A stretch of DNA of 64,000 nucleotides, taken from positions 4,555 through 68,554 of the forward strand of contig CAYLHS010000002.1 in NCBI GenBank assembly GCA_964383535.1, written 5' to 3'. The translations under genes and the position numbers were made by a program. This document shows, in pieces, positions 38,751 to 48,015 of the stretch; position 1 is the stretch's first letter, and every line of letters begins with the position of its first letter. Below the pieces are notes generated by a model that was not told the origin of the DNA, ran no database searches, and saw only the letters and a list, made by a program, of their open reading frames with translations. The DNA comes from an uncultured Acidimicrobiia bacterium (lineage in GTDB: Bacteria > Actinomycetota > Acidimicrobiia > Spongiisociales > UBA4744).

Positions 38751-40155
38751 GGATTACAGCGTCCAAGGAGAGATCGTGACCGGCGCTTTCGCGGATCCCG
38801 GCCGAACACATGTCCTCATGGTCACCAACCATGGTGTCCATGAATGGAAGGTGATTCCCGGCCTGCCCGACACAGGTGGCCAGAACGTATACGTGAACCA
38901 ATTCAGCGAGGCACTCGTCGCGCAGGGGTACCGAGTGACGATCGTCAACCGCGGCGGCTACCCGAACCCATCGACCGGACGGCCACAGGTGGGCACGAGA
39001 TACCACCCTTCAGGACACGCTCGGATCCTGTACCTGGAAGATGGAGATCCTGAATTCGTCCGCAAGGAAGACATGGCCGAACACATCCCCGCCCTCGTCA
39101 CGGATCTCCAGGCCAAACTCGCGTCAGACGCGGACACCTATCAGTTGATCATCTCCCACTACTGGGATGCCGGAGCCCTCGGCGCAAGCCTCAATCTTCG
39201 GGCAGCGACCCGCGTTCCCCACGTCTGGGTACCGCACTCGCTCGGAGCTCTGAAAAAGCGCAACATGGATCCGTCCACGTGGCACGGGCTTCGCATCGAC
39301 GAGCGGATCCAACACGAAAAGGCGCTGCTCCCGGAGCTCGATGGTGCCGTCGCAACGTCCACCGCCATTCGTGACACCTTCCTCAACGACTACGGGTACA
39401 TGCCGAAGTACCTCTTGCCGCCATGCGTCGACATCGACCGGTACCGCCCCCGCGCCGGGAGCGAGTGCGATCACATCTTCGAGTTCCTCGCTGCGCACTC
39501 CAACCGCACGGCCGCGGAGTTGCGAACCCGCACAATCGTCACCGAGATCAGCCGGACCGATCGCACAAAGCGCAAGGACGTCCTCATCAATGCGTTTGCC
39601 CGGGTTCATGAGCGGTTGCGCGGCGCATTCCTGGTCGTCGCGCTCGATCCGCACGCGGGACCGGCCTACGACGAGGCGGCAGCCCTGATCCATGACCTGC
39701 ATCTCGAGGATGACGTAGCGGTCCTCGGCTCGGTGTGGGAACAGCTCCCGTGTCTGTACGCCGTGACGGCCGTCTACTGCACGCCCTCGGTCATGGAGGG
39801 ATTCGGGATGAGTGCAGAGGAGGCGGCCGCCACCGGTAAACCTGTGATCGCCTCCGACCTTGTTCCCTTCGCTACCGAACACCTGCTGGGCGGGAACCCG
39901 AGCCACGTTCGTTTCGACGGCCTCGCCGACCCGAAGCGTGTTCTGCTCCAGGGCGAAGGCGCGATCGTCGTACCGGCCGACGATGTCGAAGGGTTCGCCC
40001 ACGCTTTGGAAATGCTCCTCAGCAACGACCAGCTCAGAGCTGACATGGGCGACAAGGCACTGGGCATCACCGTTCCCTATTTCACATGGGAACGACGAAC
40101 TCGAGATCTTCTCAACGACCTTGGAGTCACGCCGACCCACAATCCTGCATCGTGA
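38728..40155 (+). CDS. GT4 retaining glycosyltransferase of the sucrose-phosphate synthase/MshA-like clade
   Basis: GLPDTGGQNVYV N-terminal signature. C-terminal GT4 EGFGMS...E motif. Start overlaps the HAD gene. Confidence 0.75.
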   Translation: MWAKMADRDYSVQGEIVTGAFADPGRTHVLMVTNHGVHEWKVIPGLPDTGGQNVYVNQFSEALVAQGYRVTIVNRGGYPNPSTGRPQVGTRYHPSGHARILYLEDGDPEFVRKEDMAEHIPALVTDLQAKLASDADTYQLIISHYWDAGALGASLNLRAATRVPHVWVPHSLGALKKRNMDPSTWHGLRIDERIQHEKALLPELDGAVATSTAIRDTFLNDYGYMPKYLLPPCVDIDRYRPRAGSECDHIFEFLAAHSNRTAAELRTRTIVTEISRTDRTKRKDVLINAFARVHERLRGAFLVVALDPHAGPAYDEAAALIHDLHLEDDVAVLGSVWEQLPCLYAVTAVYCTPSVMEGFGMSAEEAAATGKPVIASDLVPFATEHLLGGNPSHVRFDGLADPKRVLLQGEGAIVVPADDVEGFAHALEMLLSNDQLRADMGDKALGITVPYFTWERRTRDLLNDLGVTPTHNPAS

Positions 40156-41057
40156 CCGATTTCGCCGACACACTCACCAACACCTGGCAGGCTCAGAACG
40201 ATGAGGGGTTCCTCCTGTCCGCCCCGGAAGGCATCGAGGAACGGTCCCTGCCGGATCCGGATGTCGGCGTCACCTACCGACTTCGCTGGATGCCACATAG
40301 GGAAATCCGCTCGGACACCGCCGAACTGGAACGACGCGGGATACTCAACCCCAACCGTCGTGACGAGGACCTGTTTCGCGACCCGCGAGACCCGTCGGGC
40401 CGGCACTGCTTCCTCTGCGCTCAGAACATCGCCGAGTGCAACCCGATGGAGCGGCTCATCCCCGTTCGGCTGGCCGGCCGTGACTATCTGATCGGCGCCA
40501 ACTTCGCCTGGATCGAACAGAACCACTTCACGGTCATGGCAGCAGAACACGTCGACCAAGACTTCACTCCTCACGTTCTCGACGCGATGGTCGACTTGTA
40601 CCGACGTGCAGGCGGGGAGTACCGAGTGCTGTACAACGGAGCGCAGGCCGGAGCGACGATCCCCTGGCATCTTCACTACCAGATCACCACCGAACGCCTT
40701 CCCGTGGAGGACCTGCCGGAGGGGAGCGAAGCCCGCTACCCGGCGGCGCTGCGGCGCGTCCAGGTAGATGGACAAGGAACACTCACCGCGCTCGCCGCGG
40801 TGAACGACTGGATCGCGCCGGACCCTGAGCACCGTCGTGTCAACGTGCTCATCGCCGGCGCGGTCGCCCAGCCGATGGTGCACGTATTCTTCAGGGACCG
40901 TCGCCTTTCGCACGCCACGATCAAGGGCCTGATGGGTGGGTTCGAAATATGTGGTGACCTCATCTACAGCGAGCCTGACAAGCGCACCATCTTCGAGACT
41001 GCCACCGTTGAAACGGCCCGCAACGCGATCGCCGAGGTGCGACCCCCCGAAACATGA
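40152..41057 (+). CDS. HIT-superfamily GalT-like nucleotidyltransferase/phosphorylase (GDP-hexose phosphorylase VTC2/GDPGP1-like, DUF4922)
   Basis: WHLHYQI HxHxQ HIT variant. GTGA start overlapping the GT4 stop. Confidence 0.5.
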   Translation: MTDFADTLTNTWQAQNDEGFLLSAPEGIEERSLPDPDVGVTYRLRWMPHREIRSDTAELERRGILNPNRRDEDLFRDPRDPSGRHCFLCAQNIAECNPMERLIPVRLAGRDYLIGANFAWIEQNHFTVMAAEHVDQDFTPHVLDAMVDLYRRAGGEYRVLYNGAQAGATIPWHLHYQITTERLPVEDLPEGSEARYPAALRRVQVDGQGTLTALAAVNDWIAPDPEHRRVNVLIAGAVAQPMVHVFFRDRRLSHATIKGLMGGFEICGDLIYSEPDKRTIFETATVETARNAIAEVRPPET

Positions 41058-41083
41058 CGCCGGCAGGCCGGCCGGTTCGTGGC

Positions 41084-42370
41084 CTAGTAGCGATCCCTGT
41101 CGTGCAGGCTCCTCGCCTGCTCGAATGTCGCTCGCGTCCTTCTGGCGATACCACGCCAACCGAACATGCGACGGGCGAATCTGGCCCCGGTGATCGAAAG
41201 ACGTTCCTGAAGCTGGGGGTAGCGCAGAGGCATCGACAGCATGACGGCGAACTCACGGGGACGTTTGGGGTCCGCGAACAGCGCATGGGATCCGAAGTCG
41301 AACATCTCCTCGAGACCGCCATGGATGGTCACCACGCACGGCGTCCCACACGCCATCGCTTCGACAGCAGTCATCCCGAACGGTTCATAACGAGATGGCA
41401 AAGCGAACACGGGCGCTGCGCGGTAGTACCTGGGCATATTCTCATCCTCGATGTGCCCGAGCCACCTCACGTGTTCGGTCACATCGATCTCGCCCGCGAG
41501 CGACTTCCACTTGTCGACCCTTCGCTCGTCCGCGCCTGAATTGGCGCCGATCGCCAACTGGAGACGCGCGTCGGGAACCAGCTCGCGCAGCTCTGGCAGT
41601 GCTCGGATCAGCAGGTCATAGCCCTTGTTGGCAGCGGCCCGTCCGACCGTGTACACGTCGTGCTTGCGGAACTTGATCCGGCGGCGAGCAACGGCGATCT
41701 CCGCATGTGTGATCGGGGTATACCGCGACTCGTCGATTCCCGGCGGAATCATCGAGATGTGCGGCGCGGGAACGTCGTAGTCCTCGATCAGCAACTCGAT
41801 CTGCTGGTTGCTCGTCGCGATCACCTGATCGCATCTGCGATAGACGAGGAATTCCTTGCGAATCCGTTCTTCGAACCGGTAGTCCGACTCGATCTTCTGT
41901 GTGTCGCCCTGCATGCCCCGTCGTTTCCACGAGCCGAGCGAGTGGGGGGTGTGGATGTGCGTGATGTCCAGCTCTTCGCCGATCTGTTGTCCGGCGAAAC
42001 CTGCGTCCCAGTAGTGCGAGTTGATGTACTCATAGCTGAGGCCGTGGTCGCGGAGTGTGTCGAGGAATCTGCGGACGAACTCGTCGAGGTGGTCGTGCAT
42101 GTCTTCTTTGCGAATGAAGTCCGGTCCGCCGAATGGGATCCTCCAGACCCGAAGGTGAGGGCCCATGTCGTCGAATTCCGGCTGGTCCTCGAACCTGCGG
42201 GTGACGATGTCCACCGCGTGGCCAAGCTCCACGAGCTGCTTGGCGAGTTCCAGGACGAAGACGACCTGACCACCCGTGTCCGGGAGTCCAAGTTCCGGCG
42301 CCGCAGAGAAGTATCCGTGCAGGGAGAGCATCAGGATTCTCGGAGGGCTGAAACCGGGTATGTGCTCCAT
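41084..42370 (-). CDS. Second GT4 glycosyltransferase of the SPS-like clade
   Basis: GLPDTGGQVVFVLELAKQL signature. EPFGMTAVEAMACGTP GT4 C-terminal motif. Confidence 0.75.
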   Translation of the reverse strand: MEHIPGFSPPRILMLSLHGYFSAAPELGLPDTGGQVVFVLELAKQLVELGHAVDIVTRRFEDQPEFDDMGPHLRVWRIPFGGPDFIRKEDMHDHLDEFVRRFLDTLRDHGLSYEYINSHYWDAGFAGQQIGEELDITHIHTPHSLGSWKRRGMQGDTQKIESDYRFEERIRKEFLVYRRCDQVIATSNQQIELLIEDYDVPAPHISMIPPGIDESRYTPITHAEIAVARRRIKFRKHDVYTVGRAAANKGYDLLIRALPELRELVPDARLQLAIGANSGADERRVDKWKSLAGEIDVTEHVRWLGHIEDENMPRYYRAAPVFALPSRYEPFGMTAVEAMACGTPCVVTIHGGLEEMFDFGSHALFADPKRPREFAVMLSMPLRYPQLQERLSITGARFARRMFGWRGIARRTRATFEQARSLHDRDRY

Positions 42371-42487
42371 GAGATCCTGGCTCCTTCCCGGCGCCCCTAC
42401 GGGACCTGTTGCCCGCGATGAAGAACGCCTTTGGCGGACCTCTCTGCCTCACCCTACCAAAGGGCACAGCGAACGAGAGGGGGTCGA

Positions 42488-42790
42488 CTACTCGTCGATC
42501 GCGGCGGCGAAGCCGGTGTCTTGACCCGTCAGACCGCCTACCGAGTGGGTCGTCAATCGCAGGGTGACCTTGTTCCAGCTGATCTGGATATCGGGATGAT
42601 GAAAGGCCTTCTCAGCGAGCATGGCCACTCTGGTCACGAACGAAAAGGCTTCGATGAAATCCGAGAACGCGTATGTGCGAGTGAGCGTTTCGCCATCCAG
42701 CGACCATGCCGGGTGTGCGGTCAGGAACTCGGTTCGCTCCGCAGGTGTGAGGAGATCCACGTACGTGACTCTACGAGGCTTGTGGCCCAA
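42488..42790 (-). CDS. Pterin-4a-carbinolamine dehydratase (PCD/DCoH)
   Basis: 100 aa. EAFHHPD motif. Confidence 0.8.
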   Translation of the reverse strand: MGHKPRRVTYVDLLTPAERTEFLTAHPAWSLDGETLTRTYAFSDFIEAFSFVTRVAMLAEKAFHHPDIQISWNKVTLRLTTHSVGGLTGQDTGFAAAIDE

Positions 42791-42808
42791 TCATGCTTGC
42801 ATGGGCGC

Positions 42809-43165
42809 ATGGCACTCAACGTGCTCGGCACCGAACTGCAGCCCTGCTCATTCGACCCGCTCACCGGGTACCACAGAAACGGTTACTGCGACACGGGTTC
42901 CGGAGACGTGGGTGTCCATGCGGTGTGTGCCAGGGTTACTGCCGAGTTCCTCGAGTTCTCCAAGCGAGCCGGCAACGACCTGTCGACACCGCAACCGTTC
43001 TACGCGTTCCCGGGGCTCGTGCCCGGTGACCAATGGTGCCTGGTGGCCGCCCGCTGGCAGGAAGCACTCGAAGCGGGTGTTGCCCCACCTGTCGTGCTCG
43101 AGTCCACCCACGCAGGAGCCCTCGAGTGGGTCAGCCTCGACGACTTGAAGGCGCACGCGTCATAG
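42809..43165 (+). CDS. DUF2237 family protein
   Basis: NVLGTELQPCS...GYCDTG...HAVCARVTAEFLEF conserved pattern. The six-frame ORF is longer, but its upstream part overlaps the PCD gene. Confidence 0.55.
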   Translation: MALNVLGTELQPCSFDPLTGYHRNGYCDTGSGDVGVHAVCARVTAEFLEFSKRAGNDLSTPQPFYAFPGLVPGDQWCLVAARWQEALEAGVAPPVVLESTHAGALEWVSLDDLKAHAS

Positions 43166-43209
43166 ACGCCAGCGGCGGCATGGTGCCGGTGCGATCCCCC
43201 TGCGGGTGG

Positions 43210-43431
43210 TCACGCAGCAGCGGGAAAGATCGTGACGATGTCGTGAAGCGGGATGGATTCGGTTCCGGTTTCGTGGCGGAGCAGAAGCGCCCAGCCTCCG
43301 AATGGGACCTCCATCCCCAGATACTCACCGACGACGACCGCGTCGTCCGTGGTTGCCAGATATGTCGTTCCGCACCGAAGGTGGTTGAACCGTGCACGGG
43401 TGAACGAAGACTGTCGTGCCCTCATAGGCAC
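43210..43431 (-). CDS. Small hypothetical ORF (73 aa)
   Basis: Only ORF in a 280-bp gap. Modest coding bias and no recognisable motifs. Confidence 0.2.
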   Translation of the reverse strand: MPMRARQSSFTRARFNHLRCGTTYLATTDDAVVVGEYLGMEVPFGGWALLLRHETGTESIPLHDIVTIFPAAA

Positions 43432-43448
43432 TCCTTTCTGAGGCTGAG

Positions 43449-44882
43449 TCAGGGGCGGCCGCGCCGGGGTCTGGCGGCGCTCACCTTGAGGTTTCGGCCA
43501 TCCAGTGTCGACCCGTTGAGCGCTTCGATCGCCGCCTGAGCAGCGGGGACGGTCATATCGATGAACCCGAACCCCCTGGAGCGGCCGGTTCGCCGGTCGG
43601 TGACGATGGTCGAACCGCTCACTTCGCCGAAGCGGGCGAACATCGCTCGCATCTCATCGGCAGTCGTCCGCCACGGCAGATTCGCAACGTAGAGGCTCAG
43701 ACGATCCTCCCCCTTGGGGGGCAGCATCGAGCCGGTGGGCCGCGTCACCTCCGGCGTCCGCCGCTCGAATCGACCGTTCGGAGCTTCAATTGGGATCCGC
43801 AGACCGAGCTCTCGCTGCATGCGACGCATCGGCGCGCGCTGTGCGCTGGTCACCAGCGTGATAACGGTGCCGGCTGCCCCGGCCCGCGCGGTTCGTCCCG
43901 ACCGATGGACGTAGTCCTTGGCGTCTCCTGGTGGGTCGAAGTGGATGACCGACGCGACGGCATCGATGTGGATCCCTCTCGCTGCGACGTCAGTCGCGAC
44001 AAGGGCCTGGACACGACCGGATGTGAACTCCTGGAGTGCTCTGGTTCGTTGACTCTGCGATCTGCCGCCGTGGAGGGCCACAGCACGGACCCCACACCTG
44101 GCGAGTTGCTTCACGAGCCGGTCGGCACCGTGTCGGGTGCGTGTGAACACGATGGAACGGCCCTGGGCCTCCACGAGATCGGCGGTGTGCTGCACGCGAT
44201 CGTGATGCTGGACCAACCAGAAGTGGTGTTCGGCGTCGATCGCCTCCTCTTCGGTCCCCCCGACTTCGTGAACGATGGGATCGTGCTGGTAGTCGCGGCT
44301 CAGCACGGCGACATCACCGTCGAGCGTCGCCGAGAACAGCAGAGTCTGACGATGCTCGGGCGTTCCGTCCAGGATCCTGCGGACGACCGGAAGAAACCCC
44401 ATGTCGGCCATCCGATCCGCCTCGTCGATCACGGCGATGTCCACGTGTCCGAGATCGACCGTACCCTGGCCGATGAGATCCTCGAGACGTCCCGGGGTGG
44501 CGACGAGGACATCGACACCCCTGCGCAGCGCGTTCCGTTGCGGGCCGTATCCGACCCCGCCATAGACGGCGAAGACATGCCGATCAACGGCCTTGGCGAG
44601 GGGAGACAGCTCTCGCTTGATCTGTTCAGCGAGTTCACGCGTCGGCGCGAGCACGAGCGCCCGTGGACGGTGACGATTCGCTTTGCGGACGTTGGTGAGG
44701 AGTGGGAGACCGAATGCGAGGGTCTTGCCGGACCCTGTCGGTGCCTTGCCAGAGACATCTCGTCCGGCGAGCGCATCTGGGATCGTCGCCGCCTGAACGG
44801 GGAACGTTTCAACGATGTCGCGGTCGGCGAGCACGCTGACGAGTCGGCCAGGCAGGCCGAGTTGATCGAAGTGGGTAGGCAT
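43449..44882 (-). CDS. DEAD-box ATP-dependent RNA helicase with C-terminal RRM domain
   Basis: Q-motif, GSGKT, DEAD and SAT motifs. C-terminal RNP-2 LYVANL and RNP-1 RGFGFIDM. Confidence 0.85.
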   Translation of the reverse strand: MPTHFDQLGLPGRLVSVLADRDIVETFPVQAATIPDALAGRDVSGKAPTGSGKTLAFGLPLLTNVRKANRHRPRALVLAPTRELAEQIKRELSPLAKAVDRHVFAVYGGVGYGPQRNALRRGVDVLVATPGRLEDLIGQGTVDLGHVDIAVIDEADRMADMGFLPVVRRILDGTPEHRQTLLFSATLDGDVAVLSRDYQHDPIVHEVGGTEEEAIDAEHHFWLVQHHDRVQHTADLVEAQGRSIVFTRTRHGADRLVKQLARCGVRAVALHGGRSQSQRTRALQEFTSGRVQALVATDVAARGIHIDAVASVIHFDPPGDAKDYVHRSGRTARAGAAGTVITLVTSAQRAPMRRMQRELGLRIPIEAPNGRFERRTPEVTRPTGSMLPPKGEDRLSLYVANLPWRTTADEMRAMFARFGEVSGSTIVTDRRTGRSRGFGFIDMTVPAAQAAIEALNGSTLDGRNLKVSAARPRRGRP

Positions 44883-45063
44883 GGTGAGGCTTTCCGGTTG
44901 AGTCGAATGTGCCGATCTCTTCCCCGAGGTTCGGGGTTCGGCCGAAGAGGCGGTCCAACCGGTGAGAGACTATGCCGTGTAACCACCGGGGAAGCGACTG
45001 TACGCTGGCCTCCACCCGGTGCGGCGGTAGAACCCTACCACTGACTCGAGGCAACTGGAAGGC

Positions 45064-46653
45064 TCACACCCTCGGCCCGGCATTCGCGACGGCGTTGTCG
45101 ACCGTGTCCACGTACGCTTCGAAGTTGCGGGCGAACATGCCGGCAAGCCGGCGGGCTTCCCGATCGAACGCGGCCTTTTCGTTCCACGTGTCGCGCGGAA
45201 TCAGGAGTTCAGACGGAACGCCCGGCACGGATGTCGGCACCTCGAACCCGAAGACCGGATCCTCCACATACTCGACATCGTCCAGCTTGCCCTCGAGTGC
45301 CGCGTTGAGCATCGCCCTGGTATGCGGGATACGCATCCTTGTCCCGACACCGTACGGGCCGCCCGTCCAGCCGGTGCTGATCATCCACAAGCGGCACTGG
45401 TGCTTGTCGATCTTGCCGGCGAGCACCTCCGCGTAGTCGGCCGGTGGAAGCGGAAGAAACGGTGCCCCGAAACACGGCGAGAATGTCGCCGACGGTTCGG
45501 TCACACCCCGCTCGGTCCCGGCCAGCTTCGCCGTGTAGCCACTGATGAAGTAGTACATCGCCTGCTCCTTCGTGAGCCGGACGATGGGAGGCAGGATCCC
45601 GAAGGCGTCGGCCGACAGGAACACCACGTTCTCAGGGTGCGGCCCCATCATCGTCGGCGCGGCGTTCGGCAGGTGCGCAAGAGGGTACGAACAACGGGTG
45701 TTCTGGGTGTTGGACGCGTCGGCCCACTCGGGTCGGCGGGTGTCGGGACTCACCACCACGTTCTCGAGAATCGTCTCGAACTGGTTGGCGGCCTGATAGA
45801 TGAGGGGCTCGTCCGTGTGGGAGAGGTTGATCGTCTTGGCATACGAGCCACCTTCGATGTTGAACACCCCGTCGGCTCCCCACCCGATCTCATCATCCCC
45901 CACCATCAATCGCGCAGGATCGCTCGAAAGCGTCGTCTTGCCGGTGCCCGAGAGACCGAAGATGACCGCCGAGTCACCTCGTTCTCGACCGACACTCGCC
46001 GACGCGTGCATGGGCAGCACGTTCCGCTTGGGAAGCAGGTAGTTCATCACCGAGAACACCGACTTCTTCATCTCCCCCGCATAGGTCGTGCCACCGATCA
46101 GCAGGATCTTGTGGTCGAAGCTGATGCAGATGAACACCTCGCTGCGAGTTCCGTCTCGCTCCGGGTCGGCCTTGAAGTGGGGCGCGTGGACGATCGTGAA
46201 GTCTGGGACAAACGGCTCGATCTCGTCGGAAATGTCGAACTTGCGAGGCAGGATGAAGGCGTTCCGAGTGAACAGCGAGTGCCACGGACTCTCGGTTATG
46301 CTCCTCACCGATAGCCGGTTCTTGGGGTCGGCGCCGGCGTACATGTCTTGCACGTACAGGTCGCGTTGCCCGAGGTACTCGCACACGCGCTCGTACAAGG
46401 CATCGAATACCTCCGGCTCCATCGGGTGGTTGACGTCACCCCACCAGATGTCGCGCTCGGTGCTCTCTTCCCGAACGACGTACTTGTCCATGGGGCTGCG
46501 TCCGGTGTAGGGGACGGTCTTGACGACGAGTCCGCCTCGGTGAGCCAACGACCCCTCACCTCGACGCAGGGTGTGTTCGTACAGCTCGGGGGTCTTCAGA
46601 TCCCAGAAGACGTTCTTCGTTGTCGTGATTCCGTGGGAAGCAAGCGATCTCAT
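45064..46653 (-). CDS. pckA: Phosphoenolpyruvate carboxykinase (ATP)
   Basis: [11 protein letters not shown] kinase-1a motif. N-terminus aligns with ATP-PEPCKs from MRSLASHGI. The longer TTG-start extension looks unlikely. Confidence 0.9.
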   Translation of the reverse strand: MRSLASHGITTTKNVFWDLKTPELYEHTLRRGEGSLAHRGGLVVKTVPYTGRSPMDKYVVREESTERDIWWGDVNHPMEPEVFDALYERVCEYLGQRDLYVQDMYAGADPKNRLSVRSITESPWHSLFTRNAFILPRKFDISDEIEPFVPDFTIVHAPHFKADPERDGTRSEVFICISFDHKILLIGGTTYAGEMKKSVFSVMNYLLPKRNVLPMHASASVGRERGDSAVIFGLSGTGKTTLSSDPARLMVGDDEIGWGADGVFNIEGGSYAKTINLSHTDEPLIYQAANQFETILENVVVSPDTRRPEWADASNTQNTRCSYPLAHLPNAAPTMMGPHPENVVFLSADAFGILPPIVRLTKEQAMYYFISGYTAKLAGTERGVTEPSATFSPCFGAPFLPLPPADYAEVLAGKIDKHQCRLWMISTGWTGGPYGVGTRMRIPHTRAMLNAALEGKLDDVEYVEDPVFGFEVPTSVPGVPSELLIPRDTWNEKAAFDREARRLAGMFARNFEAYVDTVDNAVANAGPRV

Positions 46654-46832
46654 GAGTACAAGGGTACGCGAATGCCACGACAAGGCTCGCTGCGCTCGTC
46701 GGTTGCCGGTTATCGGTTGTCGGTCATCGATGAGACCCGCTCACGGTCTCATATTGCGAATGTGGACGCGAACCGAAATCTGAGGATTAGGGCGCCCTGG
46801 TCGGGTAGGTTGTCACCGAAGAGGGAGGGAAC

Positions 46833-47228
46833 ATGGAAGATCAGACCGGAGCGCATCGGGAATCATCAATAGGAGCGGAGCTGTTGCTCAGAGTCGGAGC
46901 GGCGATCATCATTGCCGACTGGCTCCTGTTCGCCATCATCCTCGACGAGTACTTCTTCTTCTGGGGAACGCTGCTTGTCGCCGCCTACGCGCTGTTCGCT
47001 GCCTGGGTGCGATCCAACCGACCTGCGGCATCGTGGCCGGTCCCGTTCGGATGGACCATGAAGCTGCTTGGATACTCGGCGGGCTTCCTCGGAGCCCTCG
47101 ACCTGTTGGACGATCTTCGGTTCGACGTCCTCAACGGTGCCGCCACCATCATCGGAGCCATCATCTTCTACGTCGGGGCGTTCCTCATGTTCTGGGGAGC
47201 ACGCCAACTGGACGACACGACCAGCTGA
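46833..47228 (+). CDS. Small membrane protein, hypothetical
   Basis: Strong RBS GGGAGGG 4 nt before the ATG. 3-4 TM helices. Confidence 0.5.
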   Translation: MEDQTGAHRESSIGAELLLRVGAAIIIADWLLFAIILDEYFFFWGTLLVAAYALFAAWVRSNRPAASWPVPFGWTMKLLGYSAGFLGALDLLDDLRFDVLNGAATIIGAIIFYVGAFLMFWGARQLDDTTS

Positions 47229-47239
47229 ACAACCCCCAG

Positions 47240-47258
47240 ACTTGCACAATGTGCAAGT
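47240..47258 (+). promoter_or_regulatory. TetR operator palindrome overlapping the -35 of a leaderless promoter
   Basis: ACTTGCACA-a-TGTGCAAGT, perfect 9-bp arms. -35 TTGCAC, 17-bp spacer, -10 TAGACT. TSS about 7 nt later at the GTG start. Confidence 0.5.
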
Positions 47259-47277
47259 TTGCGTAGACTGCACGTTC

Positions 47278-48015
47278 GTGTCCGATCTGCGCTCCAAGAA
47301 GAAGCTCGCCACGTACTACGCGCTGGCCACGGCTGCTCGCACGCTGACTACTGAGCGCGGGCCCGATGCGGTGACGGTCGAGGAGATTGCCGACCTCGCC
47401 GGCGTATCACCGCGGACCTTCTTCAACTACTTCTCCTGCAAAGAGGACGCCATCGTCGGCTCTGAGCCGAGGTTGGTCGCTTCCCTCGCCGAGCAAGTCG
47501 AGCAGCGACCCGCAGAAGAGGATCCTCTGACCGCGCTCGAAGCCGTCCTGACATCTGAAGAGAACGCCGATCTCGCCGAGCACTGGCGGCGTCGAGTGGA
47601 TGCTCTCGAGTCGGTGCTCGACAGCGAGGAAGACGGTTCGGAGCGGGCTCTGCGCTGGAAGCAACGAATCGAGGCACTGGAGGCAGTGCTCGATGCAGAG
47701 GAGAACTCGGATCTCGCACAGAGATGGAAGCAACGCATGGACCTTGCTCGGCGTTTCCCGCAACTTCTGCCCCGTCATCTCGCAGGCGTGGTCCAACTCG
47801 AACGCGCCCTCGCCGACGCCATCGCCTCCCGACTCGGCGTCGACGCGAACGTCGTCCCCTACCCCAGGCTCGTAGTAGCGGCGGCGGTGGCAAGTATGCG
47901 ATCGACGATCGGTTGGTGGCTCCAGAGCGACCGGAGTGTCAGCCTGTCCGAAGCAATCCACAGCGCGTTCGAAATGCTCCGCGCCGGCCTCGGCAATCCC
48001 TCCAAGGACGCCTGA
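47278..48015 (+). CDS. TetR-family transcriptional regulator with an internal triple tandem repeat insert
   Basis: N-terminal HTH (VTVEEIADLAGVSPRTFFNYF). Three roughly 23-aa repeats (SEENADLAEHWRRRVDALESVLD, SEEDGSERALRWKQRIEALEAVLD, AEENSDLAQRWKQRMDLARRF). Confidence 0.75.
   Translation: MSDLRSKKKLATYYALATAARTLTTERGPDAVTVEEIADLAGVSPRTFFNYFSCKEDAIVGSEPRLVASLAEQVEQRPAEEDPLTALEAVLTSEENADLAEHWRRRVDALESVLDSEEDGSERALRWKQRIEALEAVLDAEENSDLAQRWKQRMDLARRFPQLLPRHLAGVVQLERALADAIASRLGVDANVVPYPRLVVAAAVASMRSTIGWWLQSDRSVSLSEAIHSAFEMLRAGLGNPSKDA

Noticed and set aside
45064-46683. Longer pckA form with a TTG start at 46683.
   Set aside because: Alignment to ATP-PEPCK N-termini (MQRLEALGI...VFWN) begins at MRSLASHGI (46653). 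The extra 10 codons have no counterpart.
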